A stretch of DNA of 64,000 nt from Octopus vulgaris. Taxonomy: Eukaryota. The position numbers were made by a program, and so were the translations under genes. The notes beneath the pieces are model-generated. The model worked only from the letters and a program-made list of their open reading frames with translations. It ran no database searches and was not told the origin of the DNA. Shown in pieces: positions 12,481-25,350 of the stretch. Within the stretch, counting starts at the first letter, position 1. Every line of letters starts with the position of its first letter. Where the stretch lies: positions 123,070,001 to 123,134,000 of the forward strand of contig OX597817.1 of assembly GCA_951406725.2 (NCBI GenBank), in the 5' to 3' direction.

Positions 12481-13124
12481 AAATGCACAGATATATATTA
12501 TTGTGTCTGGAGAGAATCATGCTCTTTTAGTGCCTCATTACTTAACATACTCACCGGTTCGATTTCCACTCATTTACTTATTTATTTTCATAAAATTTTC
12601 GTTGCGTCTTGCAACCTTTTCAATAGTCGTTGATATAAAATTCTACTTGCTGAATCATAGTAAAAAATATAAAAAGAAGAAACAAGAACAGAATTTTTAT
12701 GTTGGAATATATATAATGTTTATGAAACAAAATATTTACATAGTGGACCAGTTTCGCTTATGTTAATCATGATTAAGTAGTTAATGATAGTGTTATTTCA
12801 TGCTACTATAATAAGTTTACCTTCCATGTTAGTGGGAGAACAAATATCCTAACATGAAATGAAAATTTATTAATGATTGCATGAAATTATATCGTTGTCA
12901 CTAACTACTTAGACATAATTATCAAAAGTGAAACTCGTCTGCTTTATATATTTTATTTCATAAAATAATATTTTTCCAACATAAAATTTCTATGCATTTC
13001 CCTCTTTCTTTAATTTTTGTTATATATATATGTGTGTGTGTGTGTGAGAGTGTGTGTGTGTGTGTGTGTGTGCAAGTATATATATATATATGTATATATG
13101 TCAATATATATAAAGAAGTAAATG

Positions 13125-13302
13125 AAAAGATCCCCTTCAGTCATGAACGACCCTGATTTTGCCCCTAGAAAGTTACTCTCCGAGGTACAAGCCTGGGCAA
13201 GATTTTTCATTGATGACCAGCAGTTTCTATGCATACAAGCCTCTCCTCTTCACGCCACCGTTGTTATCCAAGGGAAAGGCACAGGCCTTTACAGCTTGGC
13301 AA
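13125..13302 (-). mobile_element. Probable 3' fragment of another SINE/retroposon family
   Basis: GC-richer block CCCTTCAGTCATGAACGACC...ACAGCTTGGCA between a microsatellite and the Helitron end; family assignment from recall only. Confidence 0.45.
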
Positions 13303-13316
13303 TCTATATAAGTATA

Positions 13317-15160
13317 CTAGCAGATATACCCAACGTTGCTAGGGATTAACATGACATACTTTGTATACATACAACACTTATGTTGAAACGCGATACGAGA
13401 AAGTGCATCATTGACAACAAAACATTTGTGGAGTAAATGATGGGCTAATTCGCCTAAGCGACATGTCATGCATCCATTTGGTGGATTCCCGGCCCTAACC
13501 TGTCATGGAAAATTGAAGTGGGAGATATGCGATTTTTGAACGCACTGAAAAGTTGTCAGTGGATATACTCTCCTTTGTGGTGGTCAGTGCTGCGTCTAAC
13601 ACGACCCGTCGTATGGATGACAGTCGAATGAATGTAGGTGTAACGGATATATCGTACGTAAATTGGTACATTCAGGAAAGGGGCTGCAATGTGAGGCGGC
13701 AACGAGGAAGTGAACTGTTGAAATGTTGCAGAAGGCGAAGAGTTAACATTAGATTGCTGGTGTGGGCGTAGAATAAGAATCATAATCTGAACCTATGCAG
13801 TCACATGAGAATATGTAGTAATGAATTGCTTGAAAAATAAGGCGCAATGGCTTATCTTTTGGTTGGTGGGAGTATTTGGAGAAGATGCTTCGATACAGAA
13901 GTCCATGCAGGAAACTGCATTTTCGGTGCAGTCTTTGAGTTTGTTGGTATTATACCGAAATTGTATCGATCTTCACCGTTTACAAAGAGCAGTGAATACT
14001 AGAGTGTATTGTAGGATGTAGTAATTCCTACAAAACCTCTTGGTAAACAATATTCTTTGTTTTCCCTTGTGGAACAAATACAAACAGATTTTTTTTTGCT
14101 TCCTACGCTTCAGCAGCCACCGTATTTATTGCCCGTGTGAGAAGCGCGACTTTTCCAAGTGAAGTCCTACCACAGACAGTGTTTGACCGTGAGATTTATT
14201 GATAGACATTGCGAAGCTGATACAAATAGGAAACTGTACTCTTCTGAATGAAAAAGTAATTCCCCCTCCCCATGGAATGAAAAGAATCCTGGGTATGAAA
14301 ACATCCTCTAATTTTCCACATTCAGAGAGGAAAGTGGCCTCAATAATATGTGGCATCTCCTTCTTTACCATCAGGTGTCCCATTGCAGACAGTTGATGGA
14401 GACGAATTTCTCAATAACATTACTGGAGTTTTCACTTTAAGTTCTAACCTGTGGGGAGGCAGTCCTGGAGGCTCCAATGAATTGAGAAATGCTGTTGGAC
14501 AATTTACCACCTCTTCTGGATCTGGGACTGTATCAATTAACTTATAGGTGTGAGGACTTCGAGGAAGGTACTGCAGCAGCTTCTCATTAATTTTACTTGC
14601 AATGCTGTTTTTTGGAGCCAGTATTGCTCTTTCACACGGCCAATTCAAATTGTGATAATTTTTCGACCAATGGAGGATCTCCTCTTTGGAGATATGTCAA
14701 GAAATATGATGTAATAAAATAAGAAGACAATTGTACGTTAATAATGAAATGCCAAGAAAAAAGGTAAATAATATCAATACATTAGCAAATTTTAAGAAAT
14801 ACATACAATGGTCTGAGATGACACTGTTATGTTAATTAAATGTCGATAAAGAACGTTAATTAAAATCAATGTTTTAAGAGGATGAAAAACGTTCAGTGGA
14901 TTAATCACGCTGGATATAAGGGAGACAATAATTTCTGAAAGTTCCTTCGCAAAGTGATACCTCCTTTGCTTAAGTAACCCAGGAAAGGCTATTTTCTGCT
15001 CCCAGAGGGCCCGTTACTCTCTATAGGAAAACTTTTAAGAGTCTATAACCATCTCTAGACCATTAATAATGTATGTTCCCAGTTTGGAGAAAATCAGTTG
15101 TGAGCTTCAGAGGTTATGCGGGTTTATACACACACACACAACCTGACTTATATATATATA
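13317..15160 (-). mobile_element. Internally deleted Helitron with PIF1-like helicase C-terminal fragment
   Basis: ERAILAPKN, FLNSLEPPGLPPHRLELKV..PVMLLRN, CNGT, FIPRI, RRVQFP..SFAMSINKSHGQTL, FSHGQ (14050-14650); 3' end CCCTAGCAACGTTGGG...CTAG at 13317. Confidence 0.9.
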
Positions 15161-15210
15161 TATCTATACATATATACATCCATCTCTCTCTGTCTCTATC
15201 TATCTATCTA

Positions 15211-16350
15211 TAGGAATACCTCACCCTTTGTCATCTATTGGTTCTAGGAGACACGACTTAAATCGAACTAATTTGTCTGTAGGCTAGGCTAGGCCGAATT
15301 TACTTGTCTCTAGGCTAAACCGATAATAACCATTCCCAGTTCTGTATTTTATTTATGAATGCATTTTCTATAATACATGGTTAATAAAAATCTATTTTAA
15401 GCTTACAAACAAATAATTTTTATTTTTTAATACAGTAAAAAAAAACTAATCTAAATTTACGAATACAATTTGGCGATGTTCATGGTACATCGCGGACGCT
15501 TTATTTATGAATGTAGTTTGCAATAAAACATGGTAAAATAAAATCATATTTTTAGCTAAAAAATTAAATTCCGTAATAATTATTATTTTGCAATAGAAAA
15601 AGAAAACTAAACTATTTTAAATTTACCAATACGTACGTACAATTTGGTGGTTTACATGGCTGTGGATTTTCCATTTCTTCAAAAATTTTGCCTCTTTTCT
15701 TATTGATGACAGTTTTCTTCATCCCTGGGGCTTCAGATTTGATATGTGTTAAAATCTTGTCCTTATTATGTACAATCATTGATACAGTTGTCCGACTCAT
15801 CCCCAAAGATCCTGCAATTGCAATCACTTTTTCACCTATTTCATGGCGTTTTATCGTACCCAGTTTATCTTCCAGCATTATATCATGACGCTTAGCGCTT
15901 TCACTATGAATTTGCTTAGGTGGTGGAATTAAGTCACAAATGAATGAGCATGAGAAAGTAGCCGATAAATAGATTTAAACAAATCTAAATTCAAAACAAC
16001 TGCGGGAATCACGAGTGATAACGACGCCTAACGGTAAATATTGGAACTATAGTGCAATATAAGCTCCGAAAGACCGATAAATAAGACAGCACTGCTGAAT
16101 TCGGGATTTCTTTCACTAAGCTACTCTACTTTATGGTGTGTATCTTAACATTTACTGTATGTATTTTAATGTGATTTTATATGCTTTTATTCTTATTTAT
16201 TGTACAGTAACAGAATTTCATGTGCTTTTAACGGTTTTCTAGCGATTTTTCGATTCCCCTATTTGTGGTCGACAGACGTAAAGTCGAGTAAAATAATGAC
16301 TTAACTTGAGTTTTAAGTTCCATATATTATTTTTAAAAACCAACGTATAC
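15211..16350 (-). mobile_element. Tigger/pogo-type DNA transposon remnant (N-terminal HTH at 15612-15890); outer bounds approximate
   Basis: MLEDKLGTIKRHEIGEKVIAIAGSLGMSRTTVSMIVHNKDKI..EEME resembles the CENP-B/Tigger psq-type HTH. Confidence 0.75.
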
Positions 16351-16352
16351 AG

Positions 16353-16388
<36 letters not shown>

Positions 16389-16464
16389 TATAAGAAATTA
16401 AAGAAGGAAATGCACACACTTTACATAGTTTTAATAAAGTTTTCAATATATCTTTTATTGTGTT

Positions 16465-16497
16465 TGTCAACCGGTTTCGGTTTCGCTATTCATGACA
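16465..16497 (-). ncRNA. Minimal type I hammerhead ribozyme candidate with A3-U8 core
   Basis: Minus strand TGTC-ATGAATA-GCGAAACC-GAA-ACCGGT-T-GACA, followed by AATAAA. Confidence 0.6.
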
Positions 16498-16772
16498 TTA
16501 AAATTTATTTAAATATGTATTTTCTTAAGAAGAAATTTTTTGGTCCATGTTGGGTGTTAAATTTGTGAGTGAATGATTCAACAAGTAGAAAAATCTAAGG
16601 GTAGGAAATTGGTTAGTTATTATTGTGGGCTGGGGAGATAATTTTCAGCTCTCAGTAGAGGGAGGGAATATATATATATTGATAGATATACATCAAATGA
16701 AAGAAGTAATATATATATAATATTAGGGAGTAAATCCAAACTTACAGGGAAAATTTTTTTATCTCTAATTTA

Positions 16773-16833
<61 letters not shown>

Positions 16834-16958
16834 TATAGATATAGATATATATAATTAGAGATTAAATTAGCTTCATTAAGGGATGGCATCATCCAATGAA
16901 TTACTGGTTTAATACCTAATATTTGTTGTGAATGATAATATTCATAAAACTATAGGTT

Positions 16959-17132
16959 TATAATCATTCAAAAGAAAATAAGAAAATGGAGACATAGCAT
17001 TTAATAAAAGTTTATTATCTGCAAAAATCAAACATAGTTCCAGCAGTAAGGGACTATGTTTGAAATTTGCAAATAATACATTTTCATTAAATGCTATATC
17101 TTCATTTTATTACTTTCCTTTGAATGATTATA
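16959..17132. repeat. Long imperfect palindrome (about 83-bp arms, 8-nt loop) abutting (TA)n
   Basis: TAATCATTCAAA...CAAACATAGTTCC / GGGACTATGTTTG...TTTGAATGATTA. Confidence 0.9.
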
Positions 17133-17584
17133 TATATATATTATAAATAATAAATTAGAGAAATACAATTAACAACCTAACAATTTAATATGTACCAGTG
17201 AAGTGAAGGAATCGCTTTTTCCTTCGTGTTATATATATATATATATATATACAAGCACGTATATATATATATATACATATATATGTGTGTTTAATTGCAG
17301 GCAAAGCAGAATTATTTCATTTTGCAATTATAATCTACTACTAAATATACTACAGGTTTCTAAATCAATATGTCAATATCGTGTCTTAAATTGTGTTAGC
17401 TGTGAAATATTCTTATTTTTAAATTTAACTCTATAGATTTTCTGCAAACTTTAGCTCCACCATTGCAAATTACAATGTTTCATAAATGTATACGTCTATG
17501 TAAACAATAAGATCAAATATATAATTAATAGGTAATGAGTGTATATTCACATTTCAAGAGTTATTACTCTTTTATCAGTAACTT

Positions 17585-17786
17585 ATCTAACCCAGGAACC
17601 ACTTACGGATACATTGCTTAAATATCCACTAGGTTTAGTGCTTTAATACAACTGGATAGACTAATTTGCATATTAAGCACATTTCTGGCAACTGGTATGT
17701 AAATTTTAAAGGAGGTCAGTATATTATGGTTGCAAAAGGTGGTGGTTATTTAAGCAATGTGTTAGTGGATATTTGGTGGGTTAGAT
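17585..17786. repeat. Degenerate inverted repeat (MITE-like)
   Basis: ATCTAACCCA, CATTGCTTAAATA and TATCCACTA each have reverse complements at 17745-17786. Confidence 0.55.
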
Positions 17787-17961
17787 GTGGTGCTGATGAA
17801 AGAGCAATAACCCTTGACATATGCTTATACACCAATTACCTGTTCCTTCTATCTTCAATCACATTGTTAACATACATGTAATCATTTATGAAATGTAATT
17901 TACAGTGCTATCTCTGAATTCAACAGAAAAATCTACTGTGATAAACTTAAATATCTCTCTC

Positions 17962-18052
<91 letters not shown>

Positions 18053-18267
18053 TATATATATAGATATAGATATATAATTATATAATTATATATATAATCA
18101 TTACAGATATTGGGTAAAGAATTATTAATTTAATAAATTAATAAATTTTACCAAGTAGTTTTGGTATGGAAAAGAACCATATTCAGTAAAAAACTTACAC
18201 AAAATTTTTTTTTTGTATATATATAGATATATAAATAGATAGATAGATAGATAATTATATATATAAT

Positions 18268-18370
18268 TCGAGCGAGGTCGTTGTCAGTGCCGCTGGACTG
18301 GCTCCTTTGCAGGTGGCATGTAAAAAACTCCCCTTAAGCGTGGCCGTTGCCAGTACCGCCTGACTGGCTG
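18268..18370 (+). mobile_element. Fragment of the RTE 3' UTR tandem repeat
   Basis: Reverse complement of units at 20762-20890. Confidence 0.8.
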
Positions 18371-19435
18371 AACAACCATTAGACTTTGTTATGGTTATTT
18401 AATTCTAAGTGAGCATTCAACCATTAGACATGTAGATTAAAATGTTCTAGCCATTGCTACCAAAAGACCCTTTGAAGATGTCTTTTGTTTTTATATATGA
18501 AATAAGCAAAGGAGGTGATCAACTCCAATGATATCATTTTTGTTGTTGTTAGGTTTAGAAGAAGAGCAGGGTCCAAGCCATTCGGACACAAGTGTCATGT
18601 TGTAGCATTCTGTTTAAAGCATTACAAGTTAACAACAGCAGTAAAGACGTAAGGAGAGGAGGGTTAATTCTAGAGGGCCAACGTTCTGGGAAGAGAAAAC
18701 TGGATGTATTGGTTAGCACGAAGCAGTGGGGACATAAGATTCATTACGGGTGGTAAGAAGAGGAGAGATGAGTGAGCTGGGAGTGTCTGAGTGGAGGTGA
18801 GACAACAGCTGCTGGCTCCAAAGAATAAAAGTCATTGGAATAGTGTGAAGGTGTATGGCTTTGGGATTAGGGTATAAGATTCAAGATTAGAATGTTGAGG
18901 GACAAGGTAGCATATTGTGTTATTGAGCAAGGCACTGCATTTCACGTTGTTCCTGTATATTCATCTAAGTGCAAGCTGATAACTGTAACTGCTATTTTTC
19001 CTTCCAGTGGTCACATCCTCAATGTTCCACCATAGCAAAGGTGAGACAACTGAGAGAGTGTCTAGTCTACTCACGATTACATAGATACTCTAAAATAATT
19101 AGCAAAAGCAGGGTGCATGTTACCAGATCATACTTACTTCTAAGTGAGGGCTATCATATTTTTTTGTTAGTATTAGTGGGAAAAAAGCTGAGAGTAGAGG
19201 GAGCCAGCAGGTTTGGGAATCAGAGGCTGGACTGTGTCCATGAGTAACTTAATGCTATGCAGTTAAGGGTGAGAGATGAGAGGAAGAAATTTATCTTATA
19301 GGTTGCTAGTTGCCTCAATAGGCAGCAATGCATAAATATATTAACTAATCTTCACTTAACAAAATTTGTCACATTTTTCACAACAGAGGAGATTCAGCTA
19401 AAGTTACTCACAGCATTAAATTAGTTATATACTGT

Positions 19436-19840
19436 CTTTACTCTTTTACTTGTTTCAGTCATTTGACTGTCGCCATGCTGGAGCGCCACCTTTAGTCGAG
19501 CAAATCGACCCCAGGACTTATTCTTTGTAAGCCTAGTACTTAGTCTATCGTTCTCTTTTGCCGAACTGCTAAGTTACGGGGACGTAAACACACCAGCATT
19601 GGTTGCCAAGGAATGTTGGGGGGACAAACACAGACACACATATATATATATATATATATATACATACATACATACATACATATACGACGGTCTTCTTTCA
19701 GTTTCCGTCTACCAAATCCACTAACAAGGCTTTGGTCGGCATGAGGCTATAGTAGAAGACACTTGCCCAAGGTGTGAAGCAGTGGGACTGGACACGGAAC
19801 CATGTGGTTTGTAAGCAAACTACTTACCACACAGCCACTC
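19436..19840 (-). mobile_element. Family-B tRNA-derived SINE (CORE-like ACCTTGGGCAAGT)
   Basis: GAGTGGCTGTGTGGTAAG head, internal TA/CA tract, GACTGAAACAAGTAAAAGA tail. Confidence 0.9.
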
Positions 19841-20579
19841 GATAAAGTCCGCTAAGAAATTACTACCATGTTTTTACAATAATATCCAGTGTGTTATTCT
19901 TTGATTAAGACTGAAATGTGTAATTTTAGCAAGAGATGGTTGCTCTTTCAAGCAGCTTGAATGACTACTTAAAGGTGCACTTTTTGTTCTTAGAGGTTTG
20001 TACTTTTCTTTGGGTAATTTTCATATGTTTTTAAAATGATTTATCAGCTGAAGAATTTAATTTTTTTTTCTTTTAAGGATTATAAAAGGTCGACATCACG
20101 ATATGCTACAATATATTTTATGACAATACAAAATGTCAAGAATTAATGAACATTAGTTTACGCGGGAGATGACTGGTTAAATGTTAAATCTGATAAGCAA
20201 TTTTTTTACCAATATCTAAAAGAGCTTTTGCATTTCTTCAAAATATACAAGGAAAAGTTTTATGATTCCAAGCAACAGAGAATGAGAAATAAATATTATC
20301 TGGGTTTTTATAGTAAATCTTCCATAATTGAAGAAAATTCTATTCTAAGCTGTGGAGTAGCAGAGTGACAGCAGAAACAGAATAATCAATAAGATGCATG
20401 AGTAAAACTGGGGAATAAGTACATATCTCACTTCTACCCATAAAGGCTGCCAAACCCATTAATGTGTAACTGAAAAAACAAAAAGGAAAAAGAACAGCAT
20501 GCACACGTGTGTGTATGCATATATGTATGTGCATATATTCATAGATGTGGTGTATATATATATATATTTATATATATAT

Positions 20580-21700
20580 ATTATCATTATCATCATCATT
20601 ATTTAACGTCCGCTTTCCATGCTAGCATGGGTTGGACGATTTGACTGAGGACTGGCGAACCAGATGGCTGCACCAGGCTCCAATCATAATCTGGCAGTGT
20701 TTCTACAGCTGGATGCCCTTCCTAACACCAACCACTCTGTGTTTGTAGTGGATGCTTTTACGTGCCATCAGCACGCGGGCCAGTCAGGCGGTACTGGCAA
20801 CGGCCATGCTCAAACGGTATTTTTTATGTGCCACCTGCATAGGGGCCAGTCCAGTGGCAATGGCAATGACCTCACTCAAACGTTTTTGAGGTGCCACCGG
20901 CACAAGTGCCAGTAAGACGACACTGGTAACGATCACGCTCAAATGGTGCTTATTACATGTCACCGGCATGGAAGCCAGTTAGCCACTCTGGCAATGATCA
21001 CGCTCAGATGGTGCTCTTAGCGCTCCACTAGCACGGATGCCAGTCATCGAGTTTGATTTCGATTTTGATTTCACTTGCCTCAACAGGTCTTCGCAGGCAG
21101 AGTGGTCTTCTCTAGCACAGCTTATTTCCAAAAGTCTTGGTCACTAGTCATTGCTTTGGAGAGGCCTAATGTTCGCAGGTCGTGCTTCACCACTTCATCC
21201 CAGGTCTTCCTGGGTCTACCTCTCCCACAGGTTCCCTCAACCGCTAGGGTGTGGCACTTTTTCACAGAGCTATCCTCATCCATTCTCATCACATGGCCAT
21301 ACAAGCGCAGTTGTCTCTCTTGCACACTACATCTGATGCTTCTTAGGTTCAACTTTTCTCTCAAGGTACTCGAGTATGCACACTGACTTTATACATCCAT
21401 CGGATCATACTGGCTTCATTCCTTGTGAGCTTACGCATGTCCTCAGCAGTCACGGCCCATGTTTCACTGCCATGTAGCATGGCTGTTCGTACACATGCGT
21501 CATGCAGTCTAGCTTTTACTCTGAGCGGGAGGCCCTTTGTCACCAGCAGAGGTAAGAGCTCTCTCTGAACTTTGCCCAGGTTATTCTTATTCAAACAGCT
21601 ACACTTTCAGCGCACCCTCCCCCGCTACTGACGTGGTCACCTAGGTAATGGAAGCTATCAACTACTTCTAGTTTTCTCCCTGGAATGTAGCGGAAGTTGT
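20580..21700 (-). mobile_element. RTE LINE 3' end: ORF C-terminus, 3' UTR with about 65-bp tandem repeats, (GAT)n tail
   Basis: LEVVDSFHYLG, CVRTAMLHGSETW, LRLYGHVMRM, GRGRPRKTW; 5'-truncated. Confidence 0.93.
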
Positions 21701-21719
21701 TCTCTCCCCCTCTCTCTCT

Positions 21720-21797
<78 letters not shown>

Positions 21798-21801
21798 GTA
21801 T

Positions 21802-22081
21802 ATATACTGTTGTGTCTGGGGATAGTCACTCTCTTCTAGTGCACTACAACTCAACACACTCACCAGTAAAACTTCCACCCATTTTCCCCTTATTCCTCCA
21901 AAATTCCTACTGTGTCCTGCAACCCTTCAATAGTTCTTAGAGTCAAAACTATTGAAAAGGTTGCAAGACGCAACAACAAGTTTAGAAAAATAAAAAAGCA
22001 ATAAGTGGAAACTCCACCAATGAGCGTGTTAAACCACAAGGCACCGAAAGAGAATGACTCTCCCCAGACACAACAGTATAT
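21802..22081. repeat. Long fold-back palindrome abutting (TA)n
   Basis: ATATACTGTTGTGTCTGGGGA... / ...TCCCCAGACACAACAGTATAT; inner arms TGCAACCCTTCAATAGTT / AACTATTGAAAAGGTTGCA. Confidence 0.88.
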
Positions 22082-22140
22082 GCTTCAACACACAAATTCA
22101 TATAAAGAATCTTGCAAACCAAATCCAAGAACGAAATATA

Positions 22141-22707
22141 TTGGGGTGTCCGGAAAGTTCGTGCCGATTTTTAAAGTAATGAAAAAGGTCAATTAATACT
22201 TGCCATTAAATTTTTAATCAATCAAATATGAACCATTTTGTTGCACAATGCGTTTCCATCTTTCCCTTTAACTTTAAAATACCCTCTTCCCAGAATTGAG
22301 ATGGTTTCATGGCAAAGAATTCAGCAAGGTATCTTATTACGTCATCCAAGGAATTGAAATTTTTACCATTAAGACTATTCTGCAGAGACCTGAATAAGTG
22401 GAAATTCGAAGGAGCAATATCTGGTGAATATGGTGGGTGGGGTAACACATCCCAGCCGAGCTGCAGCAATTTTTGTCTGGTTCCCAAAGCATCACGTGCC
22501 AAAAAGGAACTTTCTTATCTTCCATTTTAAAGGGTTACAGAATTAACACAGGTTATAGGAACATAAATCTTCTACCACAAAAAGATAGCTTAAACTGTGC
22601 TCTAAATGGAGGTGTAGTCAAATCCTATTTTATGGACTCAACCATGTTCTAAAATAAGTCGAACCGTAAGCTACTATAAATCGGCACAAGCTTTCCGGAC
22701 AACCCAG
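22141..22707 (-). mobile_element. Internally deleted mariner element with TIRs and TA target duplication
   Basis: TIRs TTGGGGTGTCCGGAAAGTTCGTGCCGATTT / AAATCGGCACAAGCTTTCCGGACAACCCAG; HPPYSPDIAPS..HLF motif. Confidence 0.93.
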
Positions 22708-22719
22708 TATATATATGTA

Positions 22720-23215
22720 CACTGTTTTGTCTTGGTATTAAAGATAGGCTACAGCAAATATTCTGCTCAATACCACAGATTTGCTTGTCAGTTGTTTGAC
22801 CTTAACCAGTTGACCATGTCTCTTCGTGGCTGACGATATGTGCATCTCTGATCACGAGTAGAAGTAGAGGGGGAGCATCATAGACATGTGTTGAGAGGGA
22901 TTCTTTGGGGTTTCAATAATTCACCTCTGGAAACATGGGTGTTTCGTTCAACATCCTTAAACAACTCTTATTCAGGGACCTTTTGAGCGGGATGGGTTAC
23001 TCGGTCAGAAGAAAATTTTAACTGGATCCCACCAGCAAGGTCATGTGCTGTTTACCTTGAGGTGAGATCACCATGTCGCGCACATATGGTTGTGATGCAT
23101 GTGCCTAGTGTACCCTTACGAGACGGGTAGTCGTGATGGGTATTCTGGGCTTCGTATATTTTACCCCAGTATCACTTTGATGGCATGCACTGCTCTTTCA
23201 CTCAATAATAATAAA
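22720..23215 (+). mobile_element. Probable retroposon 3' end with (AAT)n tail running into (GAA)n
   Basis: Complex non-coding block ending CACTCAATAATAATAA; family not identified. Confidence 0.45.
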
Positions 23216-23435
23216 AAGAAATGAACAAGAAAAATAGAAAAAGAAGAAGAAAAAGAAGAAGATGTAGAAGAAGAAAAAGAAGAAGAAGAAGAAGAAGAAG
23301 AAGAAGAAGAAGAAGAAGAAGGAAAAGAAGAAGAAGAAAAGAAGACTTTTTTGCCACCAGAGCGAAAGATGGGAGGTATGATATAAAGATAGGTACACAG
23401 TGCTTGACAGTTACATAAAATCGAATGTCAACACA

Positions 23436-23496
<61 letters not shown>

Positions 23497-23524
23497 TATG
23501 CAACATTACAAAAACATAATAATA

Positions 23525-25350
23525 AAAGCATTTTTTATTTACGGATGATTTAAAGCTTTATGGTTACAAGAAGAATCAAATGGGTTTCTTAGTGCAAATT
23601 TTAAGAATGTGTAGTTACAACACTAGGATGACTTTCGAAATCCTAAATATCCAATGACAGAGATAAAGCAAAGGAAATCGTTAAAAAGGTATTGGAATAG
23701 ATCTGCGTATTGATAAAAAATATAAAAGTCATTAAACAGAGAAGTAACATCTAAATATATCTGAGTATACTGAAAAGCAACAAGGTCGAAGATATAGAAA
23801 TGACGGAAACATTGAGTAAAGAATATTTTCGTTGAATGGCGCTTCTAATATCTGAATTGAATATGAGCAATATCCAACCAAGCAATTAACCTGAGGGCAG
23901 TATCATTAATAAGGCATGGGGCAGTAATTATTGAATATGTTACGAAGAAGAAGAACACTGCTTTTTATCTTTTACTTGTTCCTGTAATTAGACTGTGGCC
24001 ATGCTGGGGCACCGCCTTAAAGAATTTTTAGTCGGATGGATCGAGCCCAGTAATTATTTTTTCTTTTATAAGCCTTGTACTTATTCTATCGGTATCTATT
24101 GCTGAACCGCTAGGCTACGGGAACGTAAGCACACCAACACCTGTTGTCAAGCGGTGGTGGGGAACACACACACACACACACACACACATTTATATGACGT
24201 GCTTCCCCTGTTTCTGTCAATCAAATCCACTTACAAGGCTTTTGTCGAGAATGGGATTGAACCCGGAACCCTGTGATGGAGAGTTTTGATAAACAGAATA
24301 TTCTTTCTGTAGAAAACAAAAACAAAAACAAGTCATTACTTTGAACGACAAAACATTGATAGGGTTCAGAGTGATTGCAGCAGCAGTAAGAATGTGCTTA
24401 GCTGCTGGTCTTCTAATGTCTCTCGTTTGCCGTCTGTTCATTGCTTTTGTGTTGTCAGCTTGGGTCAGCAGCTGTCCGCCGTCCCTTTGCTGTCTGTCTG
24501 TCGTCTCCGCACCATAGCTAAGATGCGCTGAATATATAGTGGTGATTAGGCTCAGAAAGAAACACGACTAAAGATGAAATTGTTGTTGGAGTCAGTTCCA
24601 CGCGACATCATTGATCGGTCAGATATTTTCGTTGACGTGGGTAATGTTCTAGCGAATCGCGACATCGGATATAGCGATCTGATTGCTAAATATTCCCAAT
24701 ATAAACTTAGAAATGATGACTGAACGACATGTAGAAGAAAATGAAGAAACAGCTTACCATAGAGAGAAACTTGTACTCCAATTCTAATGTAGATCTGTCA
24801 TACTGGAAAAGAGCAGTAGGAGGTAGATGTTTACTAAGTCGCGAAGCAGTAGCAAAATTAAAGAAGAAAATCTCCAAATAGAGGACTATTGAAGGACTAT
24901 TTACATACTGTTTTGACCCCAAAAAGAGAAAACGAAGAAATGTAGGATAAAGGAAATAAAAATTTGAAGGAATGGAGCTTTACTCGAGGCTTTTCAAAAA
25001 CACAAGAGATAAAGGCAGTGGGCCGTGGGAAGGAAAGTGGTTCTGAGGAACGAACCCGAGAAATTAATCATGGGAGCACAGGAACATGTCTTAGGGTTGA
25101 TCCGGGTCAAAAGGATAATAGATTAGCAAGACTACTCACCCAAATGCAGAATATCAGATAATTCACATGAAGCCATAGCACCCATTGTATCGAAATGTCC
25201 ACAATTATCTCAGAAGGAATAATAAAGTATGCTGGAATGATAACATACCTGGAATGATAAGCTGGAATTTTTGCAGGAAATTTCGTTTTGCTTGCATAAA
25301 AAAAGCTATAAATATTTTGTGAAAATGGATACAAAAGTCTTCAAAAATGA
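23525..25350 (+). mobile_element. Highly decayed R4/Dong-type LINE fragments (23525-23945, 24700-25350) split by a family-B SINE (23961-24275) and another insert
   Basis: FTDDLKLYG (RT), SNVDLSYWKRAVGGRCLLS (cf. DRLY.PR..GGRGL), EAIAPIVSKCPQLSQKE (C-terminal zinc-knuckle region). Confidence 0.72.

Noticed and set aside
20762-21030. Repeat array superficially like CRISPR
   Set aside because: Units are diverged full tandem repeats with no unique spacers, inside a eukaryotic LINE UTR; no cas genes.
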